Shown here one piece after another: positions 1 to 9,724 of a DNA stretch of 64,000 nt; the first letter of the stretch is position 1; every line of letters begins with the position of its first letter. The DNA lies in the NCBI GenBank assembly GCA_904063045.1, contig CAJFCJ010000012.1, positions 2,740,335-2,804,334 of the forward strand, written 5' to 3'. Source of the stretch: Dimorphilus gyrociliatus (taxonomy: Eukaryota > Animalia > Annelida). The notes under the pieces were generated by a model. It was not told where the DNA came from. It saw only the letters and a program-made list of their open reading frames with translations, and ran no database searches. The position numbers and the translations under genes were made by a program.

Positions 1-1398
1 TGTATTTCTGTGACATTGGCCTTTCTTAGTGATGATTTCTTTCCAATATATTTCTCCAATCTATTAACTTCTTTATTTGAAATGATCTTGTATTTTGTAT
101 CCTCTATTATTTTATTGTCAGCATAATTAGAATTTGTAAGATCAGTTCTAAGTAAGTCATATTCTTTCTGGGGTACCAATACTCTGGTACCAGGACCACC
201 ATATCCTTTGATATATCTGTCTTGGTAAGGTAAATCCATTATTGCATAGTTGGGGCAGGAAAAATATCCTCCAAGTTTTACACATTCCACATTATGGGAA
301 ACTATTTTCCATGGTGAAACATGGCCTAGAAGACTTTGGCCTTTTTCTGGATTAAATATAATGATTGAATCCAAAGTTCTACAAAATTTTTGTTTAATAG
401 AACAGTCTTCTAAATATTCCAAATTTGTGGTTATTTTATCTTGACTTGGATTCCAATAAGCCTTGCCAATTTGAAGGATTGTTGTAAATTCTTCCACCAC
501 TGTGGTTCTTGCCATTTGTAATTTGGTCCTTTGTTTTCATTATACATAAGAAGTTTGCCTTTTTCAATTAGGTTTTGTCCATTTAAGGTTTTGTGTGTGT
601 ATAGCATTGTTCTGCATTGTTTTTCACTTAAGGCAAGTGTTTGTTTTCAATTCTGTGTTTCTTTGCTCCAAAAAAGTAATGAGTGTAGAAATTGATTCTT
701 CTTTTCACTAACACTTGACAGCTTGAATTGCCAAATTGTCAGCTTTAATTTCATAGATGTTAGCTACAATTTTGATCATTTGTTTAGTTTCAAAGGTACA
801 TACTGGTTCATCTGCTAAATCAAATGATTGGTGTACTTGTTGTCCCTTGACAAAACTGTACTGATGGTAGCATTCTTACAGTTATGTTTGCTTTTGTTAT
901 GGATACATTTGCTTGGACCAAGTTTAAACAGCATATTGCTAACAGTGTATAAATTATTGATCCTCTGATAGGAAGCATTCCACCATTTGTTTGGTGTTTC
1001 CTTACTGTCACTGTGTTAACTGTTATAGGTTGTTTGTTAGCTAGTCTTAGTCTACTAGCATGATAGAATTTTCTTTTATCTGCCAATATTTGTAATTCAT
1101 ACAAACATTTTGTAGTATCTGTAGCAGTTACAAGATATGGTCCACTCCATTTGCTTGTATTTATTCTGTTCATTCCTTGACCAATGTTTTCATTTCTTAT
1201 GTGTACCCAATCACCAATTTTGTAAGTTGGAGGTTTTCTTGTAATAGCTTTATTAACTCTATCTCTATATTCCTTCTTTTTTAGAACAGATTTGCAAAGT
1301 GCTGTTGCTCTAATTCTTCAAGTTCATGTTTTCTATCAAATAAGAATTTTGTTGTTGGTTCTAATCTTGGAACTTCCATTAACAGGTCTAAAACATTT
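1..1398 (-). pseudogene. Integrase C-terminus, internal signal peptide and Env ectodomain (copy 1), broken by homopolymer indels
   Basis: KWSGPYLVT IN tail, IIYTLLAICCLNLVQA hydrophobic segment, then YFFGAK..SEKQCRTML; colinear with 28544-30330. Confidence 0.85.
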
Positions 1399-2409
1399 CT
1401 ATTCTTCAATCCCAAATAATATTTCATGTGGGGTTTTGCCAGTGCTTCCAACTGGAATTTGATTTAAACATGTCTGAATTAATGGTAACTGTCTTGTCCA
1501 ATCTGTTAATTGTTCCATAACTACATGTTTATGTAGTGCTCTACGAATTTCCAAATTCTTTCTTTCTACCATTCCATTACTTTGGCTATGGAATGCTGTT
1601 GTTTTAATTTTTCGTATTCCCATTGATGTCACCATTTCTGTAAAGATTTCCCCAAGAAAATTCCTTCCTTGATCTGTGAGAATTTCTTCTGGGATACCAA
1701 ATATTGGGAAATAGTTGAAAAACAAATGTTTAGAAATTTCCTCAGCTGTTTGAGTTTTTAGAGGGAATATGTTGGTAAATCTGGACATGTGGTCTATAAT
1801 GACAAGTATATACTTGTAAGAATCATGTCCAGTCAGAGGTCCCATTATGTCCATAGCTATTCTTTGCATTGGTAAAGTTGGGTGAGGTGTTTCAACCAAC
1901 AGATGTTTGTTGCCTGGTGCTCTTAATTGCTCACAAAATTTACAACTCTTTATGTGATCTTTAATTGTTTTCTTTAGCTTTGGGTGCCAGAAAGCTTGCT
2001 CCAAAGTGTGAATTGTTATGTCTACACCATAGTGCTCAAATAGTTGATGTTGATGAATTTGTCCAAGTAAGTTGGTTAGAGTTGATAGTGGAATTACAAG
2101 TAGTGGTTGACAGCCATTTAGATACCATACAAGGTCTTCTTTTACAAACATAGATTCAATAAAGTTTCCATATTCATTCAAAGACCCATTATCAATGTTT
2201 TCTCCTTCCAATTTGTCTACAACTTTCATTAGTGGAGTATCTAATACTTGTTCTCTATAGAAGTTTATTTCAACTGGTGTGATTTTTAGTTTCATAATCT
2301 GGGCTTGGATTTCAGTTATGTCTTCATCATAATCATTGTCTAGATTGTCATCTAAACAATCATCTAATTCTTCTAAGTCCTCTGTATCAATATAAAAGCA
2401 TTTAAGCAT
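1399..2409 (-). CDS. Integrase (HHCC + DDE core), offset from RNase H by a 1-nt frameshift in an A-run near 2448
   Basis: H..H...CKFC zinc motif, AMDIMGPL, ILTDQGRNF, GMVERKN; the IN frame is open upstream of the ATG to about 2458. Confidence 0.95.
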   Translation of the reverse strand: MLKCFYIDTEDLEELDDCLDDNLDNDYDEDITEIQAQIMKLKITPVEINFYREQVLDTPLMKVVDKLEGENIDNGSLNEYGNFIESMFVKEDLVWYLNGCQPLLVIPLSTLTNLLGQIHQHQLFEHYGVDITIHTLEQAFWHPKLKKTIKDHIKSCKFCEQLRAPGNKHLLVETPHPTLPMQRIAMDIMGPLTGHDSYKYILVIIDHMSRFTNIFPLKTQTAEEISKHLFFNYFPIFGIPEEILTDQGRNFLGEIFTEMVTSMGIRKIKTTAFHSQSNGMVERKNLEIRRALHKHVVMEQLTDWTRQLPLIQTCLNQIPVGSTGKTPHEILFGIEE

Positions 2410-2423
2410 ATCCTTTCTTTCTG

Positions 2424-5400
2424 CTAATTGGGGAACTGTATTGCCATTTTGTTTTCTTCATTTAATCTTTCCTTAAGTAAATTACGAAAATCAATTACTT
2501 CATCAGTTTCACCAATTCTTGATATCCAGTCTGCTCTATTAGTTCTTCCTGGTATGTATATTATTTCAAAATCCATATCCATAAGTGCCATCACCCATTT
2601 AACAGTACTTGTATTCAGTTTGTTTTGTACAAATGTTTGTACCAAATTTTGGTGATCAGTGTAGAGAAAAAATTTCTTATACTGTAGATAATGGGAGAAT
2701 TTTTGTACTGCCCAATATACTGCAAAAGCCTCTTTTTGATAAGCTGCATATCTTAGTTGTGTATTGATTAGGAGCTTGGAAGCAAAAGAAATTGGTTTTC
2801 TTATTTTCTTTCCATCTTCTTCCCATTCTTGTTCTAGAACTGCACCAACTGCATAATTAGAAGCATCTGTTGTTAAATAGAATGATTTAGTAAAGTCTGG
2901 CAGTTGAAGGATTGGGGGCTCTGTCATTGCATTCCTTAGTGTTTCATAAGCTTCCTCTGCTTTTTTTGTCCATTTCAGTTTTTCTGTCTTTTGGTGTACT
3001 TTTAATAATTCTCTCAAAGGTTTTGTGATTTTTGCAAAATCTTTAACAAATCTTCTATAATAACCACAAAATGCCACAAAACTCAACAGAGTATTTGCAA
3101 ACATAGGTAATTTGGCATCTTTTATTTTCTGAATCTTTTCAGGATCAGTTTCAATACCATTCTGTGTAATTCTATGACCAAGGAATTGAACTGATTCTTG
3201 TAAGAATGCACATTTGCTCAGTTTAATTCTGAAGTCTTTTTCCTTGATTCTTTCCATAAGTTTCTGTAGAGCTACAAAGTGTTCTTCCAATGTTTTGGTA
3301 AAAACTATAATATCATCCATATAATTAATGCAGAAGTTTTCCAATCCATTAATAACAAAATTTGCCATGATATAGCTGAAGTGTGAAGGTGCATTTGCCA
3401 AACCAAATGGCATGCGGTTGAATTCAAATAAACCAAATGGTGTAATAAAAGCAGTTTTCTCCTTATCTTCTTCTTTAATTGGAATATGATGAAATGCACT
3501 TGTTAAATCCAATATAGAAAAATATTTGTGGCCTCCTCCAAGCTTATCAAATAAATCTTCCTGATGTGGGATTGGATAACAATTCTTTTTTGATTGCTTG
3601 TTAAGTTTTCTGTAATCCACACACATTCTTAATGTTCCTTCTTTCTTTTTCACAAAAACAATGGGTGAAGCCCATTGGCTTTTGCTTGCTCTAATTAGAC
3701 CATTTTCCAATAATCCATTTAATTGATCCCTGCATTCCTGCTGTTTGTTGGGTGGCAATCTGTATGGTCTTTGTTTGAAAGGCTTTATATCTTCCAATAA
3801 TTCAATTGCTATTGGTGGAACATCTGGTGAACCAATGTCATTCTGATTTGTAGCAATAATATCTTCATAATTCTTTATCATTTCTTTTAATTCTTCTCTG
3901 TTCTTGTCAAGATTATTTTTGGACACATGTAAATAATTGTCAATTTCTAGTGTATTTGAATTAATATTGTGTACATTTTGATTAGACAAATGTTCAAATT
4001 CAATACTTTCCAACTGTAATTCTTCAATTTCAGGAGTTACTGGATTTTTCTTTTGTTCTTTTTCGACTTTGATAGTTATTCCATCTTCTAATTCTATGTA
4101 TTGTGGTTTCATTTCCATTTCCATAGCCAAGTCTTCAGTTTCTTCTTCAGAGGAATTTATGAGAATAACTGAGTCATTGTCAGACTTAGGTATATTTCCA
4201 GTCTCTTCATCAGATGAGTCTATAACCATTATGGAATCATTGTCAGACTCAATTGTGTTACTGGTCTCTTCTTCAGATGAGTCTATAACAATCATTGAAT
4301 CATTATCAGGCTCAGTTATGTTATCAAGCTCTTCCTCAGATGAGTCTATAACAATCATTGAACCATGATCAGAATCAGTTGAATCACTAATTTCATCTTC
4401 AGATGAGCTTGTACCATTGATTATATCCAAATCTGAGTCTGGGCTGTGATCTGATTCAATACTTGTTTCTGTATCATAATTTTCAGAAGTACTGGAACTT
4501 TCATCTGTGCCATAATTGCTATTTGAATCAAAACCATTGAATCCCTCATAAACTATGCTTGAACCATGAGTGTTGCTTGTATCATAGCCAGTATCTGGAT
4601 CAGTAACTTCCATTTCTGAGTCCACACTATCTGAAACTTCAGATGGAGTATCAAAAACTTCAGATGGAGTGTCAGAATCTTCAAAATACTGTCCCATCAT
4701 TCCAACAGTTACTTTTTTTACACTGCCTTGTTTTCCAAATTTTGTTTGGTGATTTTCGTTATATTGCAAAAACTTTCTAACTGGTTGTCCTTTTCTGATA
4801 AAGAATGGAAGAGAAACTTGTTTTGTTGCAAAATCAATAAGAGCTCCAGCATTTTCTAAGAAATCACAACCAAGTATTATAGCCATATCTAGTTTTTCCA
4901 TAATAAAGAATTCTTGTTCCATAATTCTTCCATTAAATTGAATATTCAGTTTTGTTTTTCCTTTTGTCTTTAAAGCATTTCCCTCTGCTGAAGTGATGAT
5001 TGGTAAGCCAGTAGTTTCTTTCTTGATGAATTTAGAATCCATTAACCTGATTTCTTTTTCTGTAATAAATGACAAAAGTGCTCCTGAATCACATAAAGCA
5101 ATAACCTCTCTTCCATTATGATTTTTCATTCGAAATTGGAAATCTTTTCTGCCTTTTACCAAAGAAGTACACTTAAAATGTGCGATTTTCTCTTCTTTGA
5201 GATTAAATATTGCCATTCTTCCTTTAGAAATTTCAGTTTCATTAGGTTCATCAGGTCCAACATGTATTAGTCTGTTAAAGCTGCCTTTTTCATTATTTCC
5301 TGCATTTCCATTTCTTTGTTGTTGAAATCTATTTTGAGAAAAAGGTTTAAATGTATGTTCATTTTGATTTGAGTTACTCTGATTGTTGTCAAATCTCCTT

Positions 5401-6332
5401 TTGTACTGTTTGAATTCATTTTCGCTTTCTTTTCTTGCATTATCAAAAAATATTTCTGCTCTTTTTGCCAATTTAATATACTGATTAACTGAGTTAATCT
5501 TTCCATCTTTTTCCACATGATTAACAATTTTTCCTTTAAGACCATTCCTGAATACAGTTAACAGTTGAAGTTCTCTAACTCTTTCAGTAACACAAGCCAT
5601 TTCAGTAGTATTGAATGGTAGGAATTTTTCCACAAGTTCTTTACTTCTTCTAACAAAACTTTGGACAGTTTCATCATTGAACTGTCTCAATCTATCAATT
5701 TCTTTTTTGTAAGCCATAGGATCTGGATTAAATTCTTCATCCAATGCATCCCAAATTTCATTTTCATTTGCCATGGAGGGTAAACTTTCAATAACATCTC
5801 TGGCTCTTCCAGTAGTGTATTTTCTCAGCATTCGAACTCTTTTCTCTTCTGTATCCCAAAGGTTTAATTCACAAGCTGTTTGAAAGTTCCTCTTAAAGGC
5901 CCAAGTATCTTTGCTACCAGAATAGGGTCTCAGCAAAGTAGTATTAGGTTTCTCATTAGCATCAATTAGAAGACTTGCAATTGTCTTTTCCAAAGCATTA
6001 TCTTGAATGCCATCATAACTGAATTTTGGTTGAGTAGGATCAGGATTAACCATACCTTCAGGAATTGTAGCTGCCCCAGTTATCAAATGGTACTTTAAAA
6101 AGCTATTACCATCAACTTTGGCTCCACTACTTTTAATTCTCAACATTAATTCATTAATTTTTGAAAGATACTCATCTACTTCCTTGGCTCTGGCTTTGTC
6201 ATTCTCATAAACCAAAATAACATTCATTGAAGTAGCATTGTGGGCTGTCGACTGCGCCATATTTGTACTTTGTTGTATTGTAATTGTAGGAATTTCTGGT
6301 TCGTCACAACTGTAATCGTCCTTTCCAATCAT
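2424..6332 (-). CDS. Gag-protease-RT-RNase H polyprotein (no gag/pol frameshift)
   Basis: Capsid-like LLRPYSGSKDTWAFKRNF..., protease ALCDSGA, RT LRMCVDYRKLN and YMDDIIV, RNase H TTDASNYAVGAVLEQ and TDHQNL; no CCHC knuckle seen. Confidence 0.97.
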   Translation of the reverse strand: MIGKDDYSCDEPEIPTITIQQSTNMAQSTAHNATSMNVILVYENDKARAKEVDEYLSKINELMLRIKSSGAKVDGNSFLKYHLITGAATIPEGMVNPDPTQPKFSYDGIQDNALEKTIASLLIDANEKPNTTLLRPYSGSKDTWAFKRNFQTACELNLWDTEEKRVRMLRKYTTGRARDVIESLPSMANENEIWDALDEEFNPDPMAYKKEIDRLRQFNDETVQSFVRRSKELVEKFLPFNTTEMACVTERVRELQLLTVFRNGLKGKIVNHVEKDGKINSVNQYIKLAKRAEIFFDNARKESENEFKQYKRRFDNNQSNSNQNEHTFKPFSQNRFQQQRNGNAGNNEKGSFNRLIHVGPDEPNETEISKGRMAIFNLKEEKIAHFKCTSLVKGRKDFQFRMKNHNGREVIALCDSGALLSFITEKEIRLMDSKFIKKETTGLPIITSAEGNALKTKGKTKLNIQFNGRIMEQEFFIMEKLDMAIILGCDFLENAGALIDFATKQVSLPFFIRKGQPVRKFLQYNENHQTKFGKQGSVKKVTVGMMGQYFEDSDTPSEVFDTPSEVSDSVDSEMEVTDPDTGYDTSNTHGSSIVYEGFNGFDSNSNYGTDESSSTSENYDTETSIESDHSPDSDLDIINGTSSSEDEISDSTDSDHGSMIVIDSSEEELDNITEPDNDSMIVIDSSEEETSNTIESDNDSIMVIDSSDEETGNIPKSDNDSVILINSSEEETEDLAMEMEMKPQYIELEDGITIKVEKEQKKNPVTPEIEELQLESIEFEHLSNQNVHNINSNTLEIDNYLHVSKNNLDKNREELKEMIKNYEDIIATNQNDIGSPDVPPIAIELLEDIKPFKQRPYRLPPNKQQECRDQLNGLLENGLIRASKSQWASPIVFVKKKEGTLRMCVDYRKLNKQSKKNCYPIPHQEDLFDKLGGGHKYFSILDLTSAFHHIPIKEEDKEKTAFITPFGLFEFNRMPFGLANAPSHFSYIMANFVINGLENFCINYMDDIIVFTKTLEEHFVALQKLMERIKEKDFRIKLSKCAFLQESVQFLGHRITQNGIETDPEKIQKIKDAKLPMFANTLLSFVAFCGYYRRFVKDFAKITKPLRELLKVHQKTEKLKWTKKAEEAYETLRNAMTEPPILQLPDFTKSFYLTTDASNYAVGAVLEQEWEEDGKKIRKPISFASKLLINTQLRYAAYQKEAFAVYWAVQKFSHYLQYKKFFLYTDHQNLVQTFVQNKLNTSTVKWVMALMDMDFEIIYIPGRTNRADWISRIGETDEVIDFRNLLKERLNEENKMAIQFPN
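4138..4430 (-). repeat. 63-bp (21-aa) coding tandem repeat, 4 units plus one partial, in the acidic PR-RT spacer
   Basis: MIVIDSSEEE / MIVIDSSEEE / IMVIDSSDEE / VILINSSEEE at a 21-aa period. Confidence 0.95.
6245..6259 (-). promoter_or_regulatory. Primer-binding site, tRNA-Ser type
   Basis: TGGCGCAGTCGACAG, 4 nt after the LTR CA; resembles the TGGCGCAGTCGG PBS of 17.6/ZAM-type gypsy elements. Confidence 0.8.
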
Positions 6333-7198
6333 TTACCAACTTGCCAAAGTACTGGTCCAAATAGAACCTTTAAAGTTCGTCCACAAATAGTCTAACAAAG
6401 GCAATTTCGGTAGAAATTGATTAACAAAACACCAGTATTTCGTCCAAAGAATATGTATTGAGTAAAATGAGCTTCTAGTTCTAAACAAGCTAGTTTAAAC
6501 AACTAGCTGACGGTTAGAAAACTGAACTATCAACTGTTAATTTCGTAGGGTTTATATACTCTTTTAAGGGTTGATAGTTCACAAATTTCAATGTTCACAA
6601 AAACAAAAGTAACATTTGAAGACAAAGAAAAGTTCTAAATATGGTCATGTTTTTATTGTTTTCCTCTTCTAAATAATAGTTGAATTTCGAAGGTTGGAGA
6701 GTTGCATAAGATGTAACAATTTTAGTAGGACAAGTCCAACAATCAAGAAAACATGTAGATTGTATATTTGACCGTTTTTATATTCTACCTTAATAATGAT
6801 ATTCAATTGATTGAGTTAGTAAATTTAGCATCAGCATATAAGGAGGAAGTATATCTGATTAATGCATGTTAAAAAGAACAGTATTGTGTATACAATACTG
6901 TTGAATAGTGAATATAATCTAACCTTAGAATTTAAGCATAATTGATAATTAATTGAACTAGTTTTAGTTCGAAATCATAAATTTATGGATTAATAAATTG
7001 TAATATTAATGCTAGGTTGCAAATAGCAAATATTCTTTATATAATTCAATAGGTTTTATTACTGCATAATGTGTATGCACTGCCCTATGCGAAACTAGGT
7101 CACTACTGCTTATCTTTATCAGTGCTATCTGCATAGTACAATACTGGTTCAATACTACTTCTCTATTGTAGAATATAGCTGACGAATGTATGTGTACA
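6264..7198 (-). repeat. 5' LTR of element A copy 1 (935 bp)
   Basis: Starts TGTACA and ends AGTACA on the minus strand; same length as and highly similar to 24457-25391. Confidence 0.95.
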
Positions 7199-7376
7199 CC
7201 ACAGCTCCAGATATTCAACAAGAGGAACTACAAGTCCCAACATACTCAACTTTAGAAATTGAAGAAGAAGCAATACCTCTTCAAAACTACCCAACTTTTA
7301 AGAAAGAAGATAACAGAGTCATAGTGACAAGTCCCAGACCTTTTGTGGAAGCAAGGTCTTAAAAGGGTGGGATATC
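7199..7376 (+). mobile_element. Env C-terminal tail and PPT of a related element (family B), truncated by insertion of element A
   Basis: TAPDIQQ...IVTSPRPFVEARS* (stop 7360-7362), purine tract AAAAGGGTGGGA 7361-7372; homologous to the element A 3' end at 25396-25445. Confidence 0.8.
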
Positions 7377-8074
7377 TGTGCACTTAGAAACATCAACATA
7401 ACAATATTTAGATTTAGATATTATAGAACTTTAGAAAGGCTTTTATTTCGTAGCAAGTTTAGAAAGACATTTATTTAGTAGAATTAGATTCTAGAACTTT
7501 AAAAAGACCTTCATTTCGTAGGAAACAGATTCTTTGACCATAACAGATGTTGCATTATGGAATTAACAATGGAACAAACAGTATAGAAAAAATGCATGTC
7601 AAAATTATTACATCTTATTCAAAAACAGATGCCAAAGAGGTAGGCTTGTTTTTGCAGTGCCACATGTTAGCCAGCAGTGATGCAATAGTTTTTCATGTCT
7701 TTGTTATATGTGCATTGTGAGACTGTTACATTTCAACTTCATAATCTTTTGACCAAGTGAACCCAAGCTTTGGTAAATGTATAAAAGGAAATGCATTTCC
7801 TCAGCTTGTCAGTTCAGTTCTTTAACAGTTAACTGGTTGTTTAAACTTACTTGTTTAGAACTAGAAACTCATTTACTCAATACATATTCTTTGGACAAAA
7901 TACTGGTGTTTTGTGGATTAATTTCTACCGAAATTACATTTGTTAAGACTACTTGTGGACGAATTTGAAAGGTTCTATTTGTGTGAGTACTTTGGTAAGT
8001 TGATAAATGATTGGAAAGGACGAATACTGTTCTGAAGAAGCAGAAATTCCTACAATAACAATACAACAAGTACA
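7377..8074 (+). repeat. 3' LTR of family B (698 bp)
   Basis: Begins TGTGCAC after the PPT and ends CAAGTACA; U5 is homologous to LTR A. Confidence 0.85.
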
Positions 8075-8420
8075 TCAATACTAAAAGGAAATAACTCAAA
8101 AGAACAAAAACTAACTTTAAAAGACAAAAGATAGATAGATGAACTGGAAGAAAAAATAACTTTTGAGGGCGGAAAAGTGTTAGCACCTATCTTGTTTAAT
8201 GGGGAAGAGAAGGAATTAGAATGCAACAAATATATGGCGTATAAGAGGTTAGAGGGCTTACAGAAAAGGTCTATGAGAGATGTGCTGTATGAGAGACTGT
8301 ATGACAAAGGCATTATGTATTACCTGGACAAGGGCTTTGCAAAGAGAAAGGAAGAAAATGAGATAATAAAATGATTCATACCATATCATGGCGTGGCAAA
8401 CCCAAATAAGAAAGGGCATA
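8075..8420 (+). mobile_element. BEL/Pao retrotransposon RT-proximal relic
   Basis: MAYKRLEGLQKR...YLDKGFA...*FIPYHGVANPNK matches the Pao ALRRL..L.RR / YLPHHGV..PDK pattern. Confidence 0.7.
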
Positions 8421-8928
8421 TACGAATATAAACATCTCGATCAACAAAGGGCTAAACATCTGTTAAGAAAGTTTGATTTAGATGAAGAATTTTAACTTTT
8501 AGCATTCCATAGATATAGTTGTTTGTTTCATCTATAGAAACTAGAAGATATTTAACTAATTTTTTGTTTAAAATATCTAGATATAGAATTTCCACTAATT
8601 TTCCACAATTTTGAAAACAATCAGAAGGTAAAAATTAACAAAATTATTATATAAAAAATCATTTTAACATTTGAATATTCAAATTCAAAAAAATTTAATT
8701 CTTTCTTTTATAAAAAAAGCTGACAAGTGGTATTATAGAGTATAGTTTTTTCCATATGTTTCTCCAAACTACAAGAACAATTGCAACAGTATTCCAACAT
8801 ATTATTAAATTTGATAATAACATTGAAAACAATAAAAGTACTCCATTAATTCTACATTGACTATTACTCCTCCATTTTGAATCAATTTGCATATATTTAC
8901 CAATATATTTGTAATCCATAAATGAAAT

Positions 8929-9480
8929 TGTACTCTGTTGTATTGTGATCATAGGAATTTCATTCTCGTCCCAACCGTATTTATCTGTACAGCTCATTTA
9001 ATAATACGCCAAAGTACTGGTCCAAATAGAACCTCATGTTCGTCCACAAGTATAAGCAAGTAAATGATATTTGTTCAAAGTTTTATATCAAACTTTCAAC
9101 AGAAAGTCAGTATTTTTCAAATAAGATATGTATTGAATATTCTGAGCTTTTATCTCTAAGCAAGCGGTTAGAAAACTAAGCTAACAACTGTTCAATTCGT
9201 AGGGTTTATATACTTTCTTAACAGTTCACAAATTCAAAGTTTGAACAATGCAAAGTAACGTTTTAACACAATTGAATGTTCTAAAAATGGTTCCACTTTT
9301 AATTGGTTTCATTCATCCTGAGTAATTAGGTCAGATAAATTTAGATGGTCAGCTTCTTTTGTAAGATGCAACAATTTTGGTAACATTCAAGTCAACCATT
9401 GAATGTGGGAAATTGGAACTGGTCCAAAAGTCAACAATAGTTGAGTTTGACCTTTTGATACTCTTTAGCTGGTGACTAAA
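8929..9480 (-). repeat. Partial LTR, family C
   Basis: Ends CAGAGTACA; U5 homologous to LTR A/B; 9110-9480 is matched in inverted orientation by 15220-15540. Confidence 0.8.
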
Positions 9481-9724
9481 GAACTTTTAAGAAATAAGAA
9501 AACTTGATAAAGATATAAAAATTTAAAAAATTACATTTTTCAGATATGAAGCTGTGTATTTTTGTTAAAAGAAGGGTTAGTTTAGGTTTAAAAAAATTTC
9601 CACTTGTAACCAATATGTTAAATTGAAACTAAAGAAAAAACATAATTAACTGACAAGATTTTAAATTTTATAATGTTTTTAGATTCCTTTCCTTTTTAAC
9701 TGTTTTATTGTAATTATTAAAGAA

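Larger units (their letters stand above)
1..7198 (-). mobile_element. Ty3/Gypsy env-bearing LTR retrotransposon (errantivirus-like), family A copy 1; 3' part runs off the window
   Basis: 5' LTR 6264-7198 (TG..CA), tRNA PBS, then domain order gag-PR-RT-RH-IN followed by a glycoprotein region; near-identical to copy 2 over IN/env. Confidence 0.97.

Noticed and set aside
2420-2460. Programmed -1 frameshift between RNase H and integrase
   Set aside because: No X-XXY-YYZ slippery heptamer; one extra A in the run restores a sensible frame, as at the other homopolymer indels. Not excluded without a second copy of this region.
4069-4368. Ser-rich plus-strand ORF
   Set aside because: Antisense shadow of the 63-bp coding repeat; likewise 250-444, 1965-2153, 2428-2655, 30188-30415, 30860-31048, 9882-10100 and 18266-18577.
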